This document shows positions 8,961-18,234 of a stretch of 33,597 nucleotides of DNA, in pieces. Source of the DNA: a virus (taxonomy: Duplodnaviria > Heunggongvirae > Uroviricota > Caudoviricetes); IMG/VR virus record IMGVR_UViG_3300036453_000040; one strand, given 5' to 3'. The translations under genes were made by a program, and so were the position numbers. The notes beneath the pieces were generated by a model. The model was not told the DNA's origin, made no database searches, and was given only the letters and a program-made list of their open reading frames with translations. How positions within the stretch are numbered: position 1 is the stretch's first letter; every line of letters begins with the position of its first letter.

Positions 8961-9710
8961 ATGAACACCACCATTAAAGCTTCAAATACGAACGTCAACA
9001 TGACTTCGCAGAAGCTCATCGACTACTTAGTCAAGTTAAGCGCAGAAGAAAACCTCTCTAATGAAGAGATGTACCGTCGCCTTATAGAAAACACCCTAGA
9101 ACACGCGAAGAACAGTACCACTAAGCATCCCTCAATCGAGGTTATCGCTTCCAACTATGCAGCGACTGATGCTGTGCTTCTTCGTAGACTTTACGAAACT
9201 CGCGAGGTAGCTTCAAACACACTCGCTAAGATGACTCGCGGGATTCCCAACGAACTCATCTGGGCTTGCGGCTATCGTCGTACTCTTACCATAATTGGCC
9301 TCTACCGCAAGGTGATTAGCCGTTACGACAAGGAGAACGAGAACATCACGTCCAAAGTTGAAAACGGTACCACGAAGCTCCTCGAAACTGACATGGTAAG
9401 ATTTTCCATTGCTGGCTGGAGTAGCGATAAGTCACAGATTGCAGAGCTTCCACTAAGCTTACTTAAAGGTGACCCCATGGCCGTATCACAAATGGTACGC
9501 AAAGCATGTAAAGAGTATGCAGAGAAGAACGAGGAGGAAGATCAACGTGCTGACACTGATCGCAAGAAAATACTAGAAGCTCAAATTGCAACTGCAACAA
9601 CGGAGCTTTTAGACCTAGAAGCAAGTAAGCAATTGCAGCTTGACAAGGTTGCAAAGGAAACAGAAGTTAAAGCACGCAACGCCGCATATCACGCAAGCAT
9701 AACCGTCTAA
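8961..9710 (+). CDS. Hypothetical protein with a C-terminal coiled coil
   Basis: 249-aa ORF; AAAGGA RBS; charged helical C-terminus. Confidence 0.75.
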   Translation: MNTTIKASNTNVNMTSQKLIDYLVKLSAEENLSNEEMYRRLIENTLEHAKNSTTKHPSIEVIASNYAATDAVLLRRLYETREVASNTLAKMTRGIPNELIWACGYRRTLTIIGLYRKVISRYDKENENITSKVENGTTKLLETDMVRFSIAGWSSDKSQIAELPLSLLKGDPMAVSQMVRKACKEYAEKNEEEDQRADTDRKKILEAQIATATTELLDLEASKQLQLDKVAKETEVKARNAAYHASITV

Positions 9711-9712
9711 CA

Positions 9713-9763
9713 AAAACTAGGAATGGCCCCCAACTAAATAAAGTTGGGGCCATTCCTAGTTTT
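9713..9763. terminator. GCCCCAACT-core palindrome at a convergent junction
   Basis: aaaactaggaatggcccccaact-aaataa-agttggggccattcctagtttt (one bulged C). Confidence 0.8.
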
Positions 9764-9793
9764 AACTTCATACCACTATATTATCATTCCCCA

Positions 9794-10039
9794 CTATGCG
9801 GTAGTAGAGGAACTCCACTTACTCACATGAATCAAGGTTACGGGCAGTTCAATCTGCTCTGTTTTCCACCACGTAGCAGCGGAACCCCATTCCATTTCTC
9901 TTTTCAGCCCTTCAACGGCGGGGCCAGAATAATCAGACTGATATACCCATCCTTCAACGTCAACAACTGCTGACCCGATTGGAAGAGCTTCCAGAGCAGC
10001 ATAGCTTACGAGCTTATCGCCAACTGATACTTCAGCCAT
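9794..10039 (-). CDS. Small hypothetical protein of a type common in actinophages
   Basis: ALEALPIGSAVVDVEGWVY pattern; GAGG RBS. Confidence 0.7.
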   Translation of the reverse strand: MAEVSVGDKLVSYAALEALPIGSAVVDVEGWVYQSDYSGPAVEGLKREMEWGSAATWWKTEQIELPVTLIHVSKWSSSTTA

Positions 10040-10194
10040 GTTATCCTCTTTCTTTTAGTTATTAATAAGTTTAACATGGTTACAAGCCAAAAGCAAGAAC
10101 CACTGAATTTTTTTGTTACCTTTTGCTTGGTATTTTGGTTTTTTAAAGATGATGCAATTCTCTTTAAAACGGCTTAAACATGGTATAATTAACT

Positions 10195-10533
10195 ATGACA
10201 ATATCTAAAGTTACTGAAGAAGAAGAGTTCGATGCGGTCTTGTATGGAGATTCTGAGGAGGGAACTCTAATTGAAGACAAAATCACTGGAGATGGCCGCT
10301 GGGTTGATTACCACTATGCGGTCTGGAGCGAAAAACATGATGACGAAACCTATTACTTTGGTTACTCGTATGATGTTCCCTCAACTGAAGTTCAAGAAGG
10401 TTCCGAGAGCGAATTCAACGCAAGCGAAATTCACGAAGTTTTCCCGAGATCTGTTGTAGTAACTAAGTACTATAACAAAACTGAAGTTGCAAAGATTGAC
10501 GCTGATCGCGCAGCGCTACCTACAAAAAAGTAA
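10195..10533 (+). CDS. Acidic phage-type hypothetical protein (likely leaderless)
   Basis: GRW...YYFGYSYDVPSTEVQEG; TGgTATAAT 5 nt before the ATG. Confidence 0.75.
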   Translation: MTISKVTEEEEFDAVLYGDSEEGTLIEDKITGDGRWVDYHYAVWSEKHDDETYYFGYSYDVPSTEVQEGSESEFNASEIHEVFPRSVVVTKYYNKTEVAKIDADRAALPTKK

Positions 10534-10549
10534 AACAAAACGCTAATGT

Positions 10550-10605
10550 AGAAAGGTGCGGAGATCAAAAAAGAGTTTAGCTTCTTTTGATCTCCGCACC
10601 TTTCT
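10550..10605 (+). terminator. Intrinsic terminator-like hairpin, 21-bp stem
   Basis: agaaaggtgcggagatcaaaa / ttttgatctccgcacctttct, just after the stop at 10533. Confidence 0.8.
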
Positions 10606-10674
10606 GCTTAGAATTAATTTCAGTTATCAGACCCAAAACTCACAAAGGTCAAAAGCTCCGATATCCTATATACC

Positions 10675-11724
10675 ATGTCAAATACTCCTCCCTCACCGTT
10701 GCCGCCGAAGCTACTAGCAACAAATTCAGACGCTCCAACGACAACCCCAGCAAACATCGAAAACATTACACCCGTAACTCCTAAACTTTTCCAGCAAAAG
10801 GAACCATTCAAATTAGGCAAGGTTGTAGTAGGTATTATGATCGTCCTCTTAGGAGTAACAGGATACCTCGGTTATGATAAAGTTATCAATAGCCAAAATG
10901 AAGTAACACTAGCTGAACAAGCAACGCAAATAGAAGAGCTAAAAGCAGCGGCTTCAACTGCTACAACAACACAAGCGGAACTTGAAGCTCAAATACTGCT
11001 TAAAGATGGCTTACTTCAAGCTCGTGAGGGTTTCATAAAAGTTCTCGCTGATTATAACGTTGAAGCAAGTACAGCAAACGGAAACATTGATATCACTGCT
11101 AACCAAGATATTGTAAATGCCGCACGAGAAAAAGTCTTTGCCGAGCGGGAAAATAGTGGGAATATAGACACTGAAGCTCAAACAGTTAAAAGTGAAATCA
11201 CCAAAATACAGCGGGCCATGATTGCGCGTAAAGAACAACTTGTGGTTGATGCCAAGAACGCAGCAGAAACCGAGCGAATAGCAAAACTCAAGTTAAACGA
11301 AACAGGTACACTTGCAGAACAAGCCTTAGATGAAGTCTCTGGCGGCGCGGCTGCAATACTTATCGCTGATGATGCTTGTCCTTCTAACACAACAGCAGGC
11401 GAAGAAGTAACAGCTTGTGTTTCTTCTGATGACCCGCTAACCGTACGCACCATGGCTCGTTATGCAAACGATACCAGTTACACCTACGAATCATGGCGTA
11501 TGGTTATGACTCACGAATATGGGCATGTCATACAATTCAGTAACTATGAAAAGTTCGTTAACTCACAAGGGTATATTAACGCTTTTAACAAAGACATTGA
11601 ATGGTACGCGGATTGCATGGCAAAGTCTGCTATTGGAGACAGTTATACTTCTGGGTACGCTTACTCTTGTAATGCTGAACAGCTAAATATTGGCGCTGAA
11701 GCATTCAAGAAGAATTTTCTATAA
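10675..11724 (+). CDS. Membrane-anchored coiled-coil protein with a C-terminal zincin-like metallopeptidase domain
   Basis: TM VVVGIMIVLLGVTGYLGY; long coiled coil; THEYGH (HExxH) followed by EWYADC. Confidence 0.7.
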   Translation: MSNTPPSPLPPKLLATNSDAPTTTPANIENITPVTPKLFQQKEPFKLGKVVVGIMIVLLGVTGYLGYDKVINSQNEVTLAEQATQIEELKAAASTATTTQAELEAQILLKDGLLQAREGFIKVLADYNVEASTANGNIDITANQDIVNAAREKVFAERENSGNIDTEAQTVKSEITKIQRAMIARKEQLVVDAKNAAETERIAKLKLNETGTLAEQALDEVSGGAAAILIADDACPSNTTAGEEVTACVSSDDPLTVRTMARYANDTSYTYESWRMVMTHEYGHVIQFSNYEKFVNSQGYINAFNKDIEWYADCMAKSAIGDSYTSGYAYSCNAEQLNIGAEAFKKNFL

Positions 11725-11733
11725 CTTTCAATC

Positions 11734-12642
11734 CTATTTGGCTTGTTTTTTAACGCTTAACGGCAACATTTTCCGTCCGAAACTTTCCCACTGCTCATGA
11801 ACACGTCCACCTTGAAAGTTTTCTTGAGCTAAAACTTTTCCAGTTGCATCGTCATGCCCCAAAGTAATAGGATACGTTACAGAAACCTTACCTGATGCAT
11901 ACAAGTTAACAGATTCCACTTCTACATAATGTACATCCCACCATGTAACTTGAACACCTCTAAAATCATACGTTGGCATACCTAAAGTAGTTTTGATCTG
12001 TTCGTATTTACCTGCCATAGGGTCCCCCACGTGAGGCTGGCCATACGGCTCACGTAAGTTAACACGAGCTATACCTAAATTAGCAGCCTGCCGCAAAGTT
12101 TCATACACGTCAGCAGAGTCATCATGTGTACGCCCTGCTGTATTTTCAGGACCAAGCACAACGTTCAACTTCAACGACTTCATGTGAGTAGATTGAGTTA
12201 TAATTTTAGCAATATCGGGAGCTTTACCGCGTCCCATCATCTTCTTATAAACGTCAGGAGTGAACGAACAAACTGTAATTGAAGCCTTGTTGTACAATTC
12301 CCATAAGTCAGGCCGAGCTAAAGCAAGCACGCCATTAGTCCGCAAACCGAATAGCAGCTCAGGAAAATGCGCATCTAGAACTTCTCGAAGTTCTAAAGTA
12401 TGAGTGAAAAGTAGCGGGTCCGTGTTAGTTCCCGTAATATTAACTTCTGAAACGCCTTTATCTTTGCAAGTTGCGACGAACTCGGTGAAGTTAGTTAAAG
12501 GCCACGTATCTAGATTGTTATAGGGATCTAACGCCATCATATGTTGACCAATACAAAACGGACAAGCTCTGTTACATGGGCCAGACAAGTGAATATTCGC
12601 AAACCAATGCTCGAACTTACCTTCAGAATTTAAGCAACCCAT
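11734..12642 (-). CDS. Radical SAM enzyme, subfamily unassigned
   Basis: CNRACPFC (CxxxCxxC), NITGTNTDPLL, GLRTNG. Confidence 0.88.
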   Translation of the reverse strand: MGCLNSEGKFEHWFANIHLSGPCNRACPFCIGQHMMALDPYNNLDTWPLTNFTEFVATCKDKGVSEVNITGTNTDPLLFTHTLELREVLDAHFPELLFGLRTNGVLALARPDLWELYNKASITVCSFTPDVYKKMMGRGKAPDIAKIITQSTHMKSLKLNVVLGPENTAGRTHDDSADVYETLRQAANLGIARVNLREPYGQPHVGDPMAGKYEQIKTTLGMPTYDFRGVQVTWWDVHYVEVESVNLYASGKVSVTYPITLGHDDATGKVLAQENFQGGRVHEQWESFGRKMLPLSVKKQAK

Positions 12643-12643
12643 T

Positions 12644-12749
12644 GGATCTCTTTCCCCATGTTCAGTTATTTATTCCTAACAGTAGTCATATCGGTGTAGC
12701 CGCAAACATGGTTACTTGCACCGATATGACAAGTGTGCCTGTGAGATCC
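12644..12749. promoter_or_regulatory. Nested inverted repeats in the divergent region upstream of the radical SAM gene
   Basis: gtcatatcggtg (12685-12696) / caccgatatgac (12719-12730), enclosed by ggatctc (12644-12650) / gagatcc (12743-12749). Confidence 0.45.
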
Positions 12750-12785
12750 CCTCCATGCTTCACATACGAGACGACCTAGCTATAT

Positions 12786-13406
12786 ATGCCTCTTGATATC
12801 ATCGTTCTCGTTGTAGGCCTTGCTTCCTCAGCATGCGTGCTTATCTCATCCTTCTCTTTACATAAGAAGCGGATGCTTATTTTCATTCTGCTATCATGGT
12901 TTCTTGGAGCAATTCAATATGCTCTAATTGGCATACCAGCCGTACTAGTAATATGCATTATAGGAACTATACGATCAGCAATGGTACTCGGCTCCTATAA
13001 GTACCCATGGTTAAACCACTGGATACTTATACCCGTTTTCATTGTAATTCATACGATCTCGTTTTTTGTACTTAGCACATGGGCTACATTAACATGGTTA
13101 AGTTTTCTGCCGTTGATTGCCTCTTACGGGAGTATCCTAGCGGTCTTCTTTAAGAACCTCATATATACAAAGTTAATCTTCGTACTTGTTGAAGGCATGT
13201 GGGTAGCTTATGAGATAAGCGCGGGACTATATGGTCAAGCAGTAGGTGAAGGAATTGACTTACTTATCAACCTGTGGGCTTTCATTACTTTAATACAAGC
13301 AGCACGCAAAGGCATACCACTAGACGAGGTTAAAGAAGTCCCCCAAAGAATCAGGGAAGCATTCTCCCGAGCTATGCAACGTAGGTCGCAAGACGCTGTG
13401 ACGTAA
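12786..13406 (+). CDS. YgjV-like (Imp-YgjV) inner membrane protein
   Basis: Several TM helices; KKRMLI..AIQYALIG..GTIRS..FLPLIAS..MWVAYEI pattern. Confidence 0.7.
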   Translation: MPLDIIVLVVGLASSACVLISSFSLHKKRMLIFILLSWFLGAIQYALIGIPAVLVICIIGTIRSAMVLGSYKYPWLNHWILIPVFIVIHTISFFVLSTWATLTWLSFLPLIASYGSILAVFFKNLIYTKLIFVLVEGMWVAYEISAGLYGQAVGEGIDLLINLWAFITLIQAARKGIPLDEVKEVPQRIREAFSRAMQRRSQDAVT

Positions 13407-13440
13407 GTGCTCCTATGCAGGCTAGGCCTCATACCATGAC

Positions 13441-13782
13441 TTAGCTTACGGCGCGAGTCTTTACCACTACAACAGCTGGGCGCTTATCAGCAAGCGCTTC
13501 TAACAGGCCTTTTAGCGATGACGAGTTACTTTGGACAAAGGAAGACAGCTCCTCTGTTTCGCCCTCATCCTCATCCTCATCTTCGCTTTCATCTTCGAGG
13601 CGGTAAGTCTCCTGCTTGAACCCAAGAAGCTCGAAGATATCGAAATTGCTTAGATCAACATATTCCGCCCAACCAAGGCACTCATCACCAAGGAAAAAGT
13701 ACGGGTATTCTAAGCTATCCGAATAAACTTCGGTAATTACGGTGTCTCCGACAAGATTCTTAATTTCAGCAAGTGTTTTCAT
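13441..13782 (-). CDS. Acidic hypothetical protein (start revised from 13806; likely leaderless)
   Basis: TTGCTT...TATAAT, then 6 nt to ATG 13782; EDESEDEDEDEGE tract. Confidence 0.7.
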   Translation of the reverse strand: MKTLAEIKNLVGDTVITEVYSDSLEYPYFFLGDECLGWAEYVDLSNFDIFELLGFKQETYRLEDESEDEDEDEGETEELSSFVQSNSSSLKGLLEALADKRPAVVVVKTRAVS

Positions 13783-13839
13783 ATAGTTATTATATCTTAA
13801 AAACACCTGAAAAGCAACCTGAAAGCGAGATAGTTTCTA

Positions 13840-13920
13840 AGGCCCTGTAAGCGATTCTAACGACTCAGAGTGGCTACAGGCAGAGCTGCTCGTAACGTGT
13901 TAGAAAAGCTTACAGGGCCT
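13840..13920. other. Long-loop inverted repeat (13 bp + 2x2 internal loop + 7 bp, 37-nt loop)
   Basis: aggccctgtaagc-ga-ttctaac ... gttagaa-aa-gcttacagggcct. Confidence 0.6.
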
Positions 13921-13933
13921 ATCGTGGGGCTTG

Positions 13934-15262
13934 TCAGTAGGACTTACGAAGAAGGTTAATCTCGTAAGTCAAACCGCGTAATGATTCTCTTAGTTTATCT
14001 AGTCCACCTTTTTGATTACGATAAACATCAGCGTTCAACAATCTCTCCTTGACCCTCTTGTGAGAGGTATTATCATAGTAGGAGTTCTTCTCAAGGTAGC
14101 GCTCCTGCTTAACCAGTGAATCATAGTTCTGGTCACTAGAATCTAGTTTTGCCCTAGTAGTATCAAAAGTCTTACGATACTCAGCCATGGTTTTTCTTGC
14201 TTGTTCTTTCATTTCATCAGATGAACGTCCAAGAACCGTACGTCGCGAATGGGAGATCATGCGAGTAGCAATTTTAACCTCCCGCAGCATAGCCGTTGTC
14301 TCTTGATCTGAATACGCTGGAGTAACGGAACCCTTATACTTTAAGCTTTCTACTACGTTGTCTGGCAGGTCACTACGAGCTGCAAGCAAGGTCTTAGCTT
14401 TAAGATACTGTGCAGACGTAAGAGAGTTGTTCTTAGCGAGAATCGTAGCTATCGTTTTAGTATCAGAGTTAGGATTGTCGAGGACCTTATCCACGGCGAC
14501 TGAATCGTGCGCTCCAATAGAAGCTAAGGTACGTGGGTTAGTTGCGTACTCTGCAAAGAGCAGTCTACTTGGTGCCCCAGCGGAGCTAGACGTATCGTAT
14601 AGCAAGCCAGATTCTTGTTTATAGCTAGCAGCAACAAACGGCCATGAGGTTCGAGACCCGTCAGTATAGTCTTTTCGAATTTTGGCTATTAGGGCATGAG
14701 GACCTATAGCTCGTTTTGCCACATCTACAGCATCAGGAGACAATTTCTCTCTTTCAAGTAACGCTTCAACTCTAGCATGAGTAGCTTTGTTATCCCTTGA
14801 CCGAGGGTCTCCCATCATATCGCTGAGCTTATATGAGAACTTAGAGGAACTCAAGTTATTATTTTTACGAATGAAGTTAAGTTTGTCCTCTTCTGTCAAG
14901 TTCTCATAAGCTTGTTGAAAAGCCGTTGATGAAAAGTTAGGGTTACTTAAAAACATATCTAAGGTCTCAGGTGTAGCATTCTTACTCCAACCAGAGAGGA
15001 TATCTCTTTCTTCAGAAGAATCTGCAATATCTGTAAGCTTACTGCCAACAAGTTCACGTAGTTTATCGAGGTCATTACCTTTCACGGCGTTAAACCCGTC
15101 AAGTATACGAGAGTCGCGTTCTTTATCTGCTTGTTCCACTATCGCTCGAAATGTGGAGTACCTCTCAAAGTTACCATCTGATAACGCCGTAGAAATGAGG
15201 GTACTCATCTCTCCACGGGAACAGAACTTGCCAGAATAAGGGTCATGATAAGGATTAGCCAT
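13934..15262 (-). CDS. MANPYHD-tagged alpha-helical protein with a C-terminal coiled coil
   Basis: N-terminus MANPYHDPYSGKFCSRGEM shared with 19266..20540; NPN-type helical repeat motifs; cGTTAggTATc motif upstream. Confidence 0.7.
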   Translation of the reverse strand: MANPYHDPYSGKFCSRGEMSTLISTALSDGNFERYSTFRAIVEQADKERDSRILDGFNAVKGNDLDKLRELVGSKLTDIADSSEERDILSGWSKNATPETLDMFLSNPNFSSTAFQQAYENLTEEDKLNFIRKNNNLSSSKFSYKLSDMMGDPRSRDNKATHARVEALLEREKLSPDAVDVAKRAIGPHALIAKIRKDYTDGSRTSWPFVAASYKQESGLLYDTSSSAGAPSRLLFAEYATNPRTLASIGAHDSVAVDKVLDNPNSDTKTIATILAKNNSLTSAQYLKAKTLLAARSDLPDNVVESLKYKGSVTPAYSDQETTAMLREVKIATRMISHSRRTVLGRSSDEMKEQARKTMAEYRKTFDTTRAKLDSSDQNYDSLVKQERYLEKNSYYDNTSHKRVKERLLNADVYRNQKGGLDKLRESLRGLTYEINLLRKSY

Positions 15263-15277
15263 AAAAGATACCTAACG
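15263..15277 (-). promoter_or_regulatory. Candidate promoter motif cGTTAggTATctttt-ATG
   Basis: GTTA at -14..-11 from the ATG. Confidence 0.55.
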
Positions 15278-15373
15278 ATACGAAAAATATAAGTTCGTCA
15301 GCATTTAAGCTATAAAAATGAGTTTAATGCTAAACTACCAAAGTCAATAACCCGTAACATGTTAGGTAACAAT

Positions 15374-16093
15374 ATGAGAATAGTCGTAGCAGCTTGTTCT
15401 GCCATTTATACAGGCAGGGGTGACACGCAACTTGTTAAAGCAGTACGTGCAATCATGTTCAAGGATGACGGTTCGATCTCTATACATAATGACCAAAGTA
15501 ACAAACCACTCAACTATATGGGTAAGGGAAACGTCTTCTCTGAAGTTGTTATTGGGAGCGAGATGATATGGACATTTGATACGCGGAAAGAAAGTCTCCA
15601 AATTCACATGTATGAGATTGTATCAGACACGGATTTTGACTTAACCTTAGATGACTTAGGTTTAGTGCGAGATGGCACAGAAGATCAACTGCAAGCATGG
15701 TTAGCAGAGAACCCAGAAGCTCTCGGAGAGGGTTTTACACTTGTTAGTAGAGAATACCAAACAGGAGACGGGCCAGTGGACCTGCTTGTACTAGATAAAC
15801 TAGGTAACCCCATCGCTGTAGAAGTTAAAAGAACTGCAATGATATCAGCAGTTGATCAAGCAAGCAGGTACCTAGGTGGACTTAAAGACACTGAAGGCTT
15901 TGAGAACGTTCGCTCTATGATAGCGGCCCTTGATATCCGACCTAACACTCTTAAGCTTGCTGAGAAACGTGGGGTAGAATGCGTTACATTACCCAGCACA
16001 TGGCGGAATGCGTCATTTCTTAAAGAAACTACCATTGAACTCAAAGCAATTGAAATAACTGAAGCTGAAAATACGTCAGAAGACAAGTTATAG
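15374..16093 (+). CDS. nucS: Mismatch-specific endonuclease NucS/EndoMS
   Basis: MRIVVAACSAIYTGR, FKDDGSISIH, KPLNYM, GTEDQLQAWL, REYQTGDGPVDLL, AVEVKR, AVDQASRY; start revised from 15359. Confidence 0.92.
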   Translation: MRIVVAACSAIYTGRGDTQLVKAVRAIMFKDDGSISIHNDQSNKPLNYMGKGNVFSEVVIGSEMIWTFDTRKESLQIHMYEIVSDTDFDLTLDDLGLVRDGTEDQLQAWLAENPEALGEGFTLVSREYQTGDGPVDLLVLDKLGNPIAVEVKRTAMISAVDQASRYLGGLKDTEGFENVRSMIAALDIRPNTLKLAEKRGVECVTLPSTWRNASFLKETTIELKAIEITEAENTSEDKL

Positions 16094-16138
16094 TTAGAGG
16101 AGAGGTGCAGTTATTAACTGCACCTCTCCTCTAACTAT
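16090..16138. terminator. Bidirectional terminator-like hairpin, perfect 23-bp stem
   Basis: atagttagaggagaggtgcagtt-att-aactgcacctctcctctaactat between convergent genes. Confidence 0.85.
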
Positions 16139-16154
16139 TTATCTATGTCCCCAG

Positions 16155-17240
16155 CTAGTGACCACGTACAAGGTGAGCATATCGCGCGGGATCAATCATT
16201 GGGTTCCTAAGGATTAACTCATCGATAGTATCGTAGCTTGGGAAGTAAGCTTGAAACTCTGATTCTACGTCACCAAACTCCGACGAAGCGTACCCACGGC
16301 CAACATTGGCACCGATTCTTGTTGCAGCGTCAGAATTAAGTATTGAGTTAGATTGCTGAGGAGACATGTTACCCATGGCAACACGAAAAGGCAGGTTATC
16401 TTTAAACTCTCCACGAATATTACCGTGACTGAGATTCTGGCCAGCAATGATAAGGTGAATTCCAGCCGCACGGCCAAGTCTTGCAAGCTTTCCTACGTCA
16501 TTAGCAATACGTGCTCGTAAATTATTTTCCTCAATAAAACTTTTCCCACGTGAATACCCCTGATCGGGGGTCGTCATAGATCCAACCTCATCAATAAAAA
16601 TCATTATGGAACGAACATATTCTCCTGTTTCAAGGTTAACGACAATATCTTTAGACGTAGTTCCTCCCACACGTTCCATCTCGTCATAACGCTCCATCAT
16701 CACCGAGATAGCATACGTAAGAGAAGCTGCTACTTCTTGAAGGGTTGAACCTACGCTGGATGTTGTTTTCGGATAATTTGCGAAATACTTTAGTTCCGCT
16801 TTACAATCTAAACCAATCACCTCCCACTCGTCATTATGAGCAACGCAATGAGCAAAGACAGCTCTTTGGATGATACTTTTACCTGCCCCAGCATGGCCTC
16901 CGACTAGAGCATGTGCGTCACCCAATACATCCCAAAAAACTACCTCATTATTTTCTTTAATGCCAAGTGGGATCTCATTCCATGAGGGCGCAGCATCAAA
17001 TTCGTATTTGGCAAAGTTAGGTAGCGTGTTACTAGCAGTAGGTTTAATCAAGCCCTTCTCTGTTAAGAGTTGCCTTAATGAGTCCTCAGAAGGTGTACCA
17101 TTTTTTAACGTAAGGTGAAAACCTTCGCTTTGCAGGTCCTTGTCCTTCGATGTAATATGAATCGTGTCATCTTTGGGTCGGTATGTTACGCGTACCCCTT
17201 CAAGTTCTAAAAACTTGGACTTCTTATCTAATTTAGACAT
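16155..17240 (-). CDS. FtsK/SpoIIIE-family ATPase, soluble single-domain form
   Basis: Walker A GHAGAGKS, Walker B IFIDE, ARLGRAAGIHLIIAGQ, NLPFRVAMG; no TM segment. Confidence 0.85.
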   Translation of the reverse strand: MSKLDKKSKFLELEGVRVTYRPKDDTIHITSKDKDLQSEGFHLTLKNGTPSEDSLRQLLTEKGLIKPTASNTLPNFAKYEFDAAPSWNEIPLGIKENNEVVFWDVLGDAHALVGGHAGAGKSIIQRAVFAHCVAHNDEWEVIGLDCKAELKYFANYPKTTSSVGSTLQEVAASLTYAISVMMERYDEMERVGGTTSKDIVVNLETGEYVRSIMIFIDEVGSMTTPDQGYSRGKSFIEENNLRARIANDVGKLARLGRAAGIHLIIAGQNLSHGNIRGEFKDNLPFRVAMGNMSPQQSNSILNSDAATRIGANVGRGYASSEFGDVESEFQAYFPSYDTIDELILRNPMIDPARYAHLVRGH

Positions 17241-17330
17241 GTTTATACCTTTTCTTTAATCTTTAGGCTGGTTCACGCCAGTACGGTGCTAGAAAAGTTC
17301 CTAGCTAATTTCACTATCGGAGGACTCAAC

Positions 17331-17360
17331 TTGACAAAAGCAACTAAACTGCCATATAAT
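17331..17360 (+). promoter_or_regulatory. Consensus sigma70/SigA promoter
   Basis: TTGACA-N18-TATAAT. Confidence 0.7.
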
Positions 17361-17410
17361 ATATATTATACAGCATTCGTTCTTTCACCCTTATAATGTT
17401 AGGAAAACCG

Positions 17411-18124
17411 ATGAGTTCCACCTGCAAAGCAGAGATTCGCTCCGATTGCCGTTTCCACGGGCGCAAAGCATATGCTCGCACCCTCCTCCAAATTTCTGAC
17501 ACGCTTAAGGTAGCTAAAAAAGCTGACACTTTCGAGCAGAAAGAGTTCTGGAACTCGCGACTCTGCAAGTTTGAGGTCTCACGGGATGCTACCGCTATTG
17601 GATTCAAGAAACTCACTAAAGAGCTTAGAAAGGTTCTGAAGTCGGGCACAGTAGAAGATCAGAATGTTATTGTAGCTCGTATTAGTGAAGCCGCAGAGCT
17701 TCGCCTACTTGACGGCTACCGCAGTGAATGGGCTGACTGCTATAGTGACCTGTTCGCCTTTGGTTCTAGGATTATCGAACTCAGCCGCACGAACGAAACG
17801 GTTCGAGTTCCCGCCGCACTCCTCGGAACGCAGACCGTTGGCATCATTGCTGACAGGTTGCAGCGAGAAGGTTTTACGGTAACTAACTTTACAGTTGTGG
17901 ACTTCACTAGCAACCGTGGCCTCAGCGACGAGCGCCTTGCAGAAATTCAAGCTGGTACTCTCGACTACTTCAATACATTTGGTGGAGAAGATATCTGGGA
18001 TTACATTAACGAAAAGAACTGCGCATTGCGTGGTCTCATGTTCAAGGATGAGAACGGCAAAGAAACGGTAGTCCTCGGAGACATTAGTATCGATACCGAG
18101 AACAACGATAAGAACGGTTATTAA
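17411..18124 (+). CDS. C-x7-C-x2-H-tagged hypothetical protein (start revised from 17396)
   Basis: AGGA RBS before ATG 17411; N-terminus MSSTCKAEIRSDCRFHG. Confidence 0.7.
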   Translation: MSSTCKAEIRSDCRFHGRKAYARTLLQISDTLKVAKKADTFEQKEFWNSRLCKFEVSRDATAIGFKKLTKELRKVLKSGTVEDQNVIVARISEAAELRLLDGYRSEWADCYSDLFAFGSRIIELSRTNETVRVPAALLGTQTVGIIADRLQREGFTVTNFTVVDFTSNRGLSDERLAEIQAGTLDYFNTFGGEDIWDYINEKNCALRGLMFKDENGKETVVLGDISIDTENNDKNGY

Positions 18125-18137
18125 TAGCCGAAATACC

Positions 18138-18184
18138 GTATGAGAATGGCCCCAACTAGAAAGTAGTTGGGGCCATTCTCATAC
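18138..18184. terminator. GCCCCAACT-core palindrome at a convergent junction, 21-bp stem
   Basis: gtatgagaatggccccaacta-gaaag-tagttggggccattctcatac. Confidence 0.85.
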
Positions 18185-18234
18185 CCATGCAATCTGTAAA
18201 CGTGTGAGCAAAGGCGTACTATGAGAACTATAGA

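Noticed and set aside
11734-12642. Assigning the radical SAM protein to QueE, NrdG, MoaA or viperin
   Set aside because: Only the generic CxxxCxxC and core strands are visible; no subfamily-specific motif or pathway neighbour supports a name.
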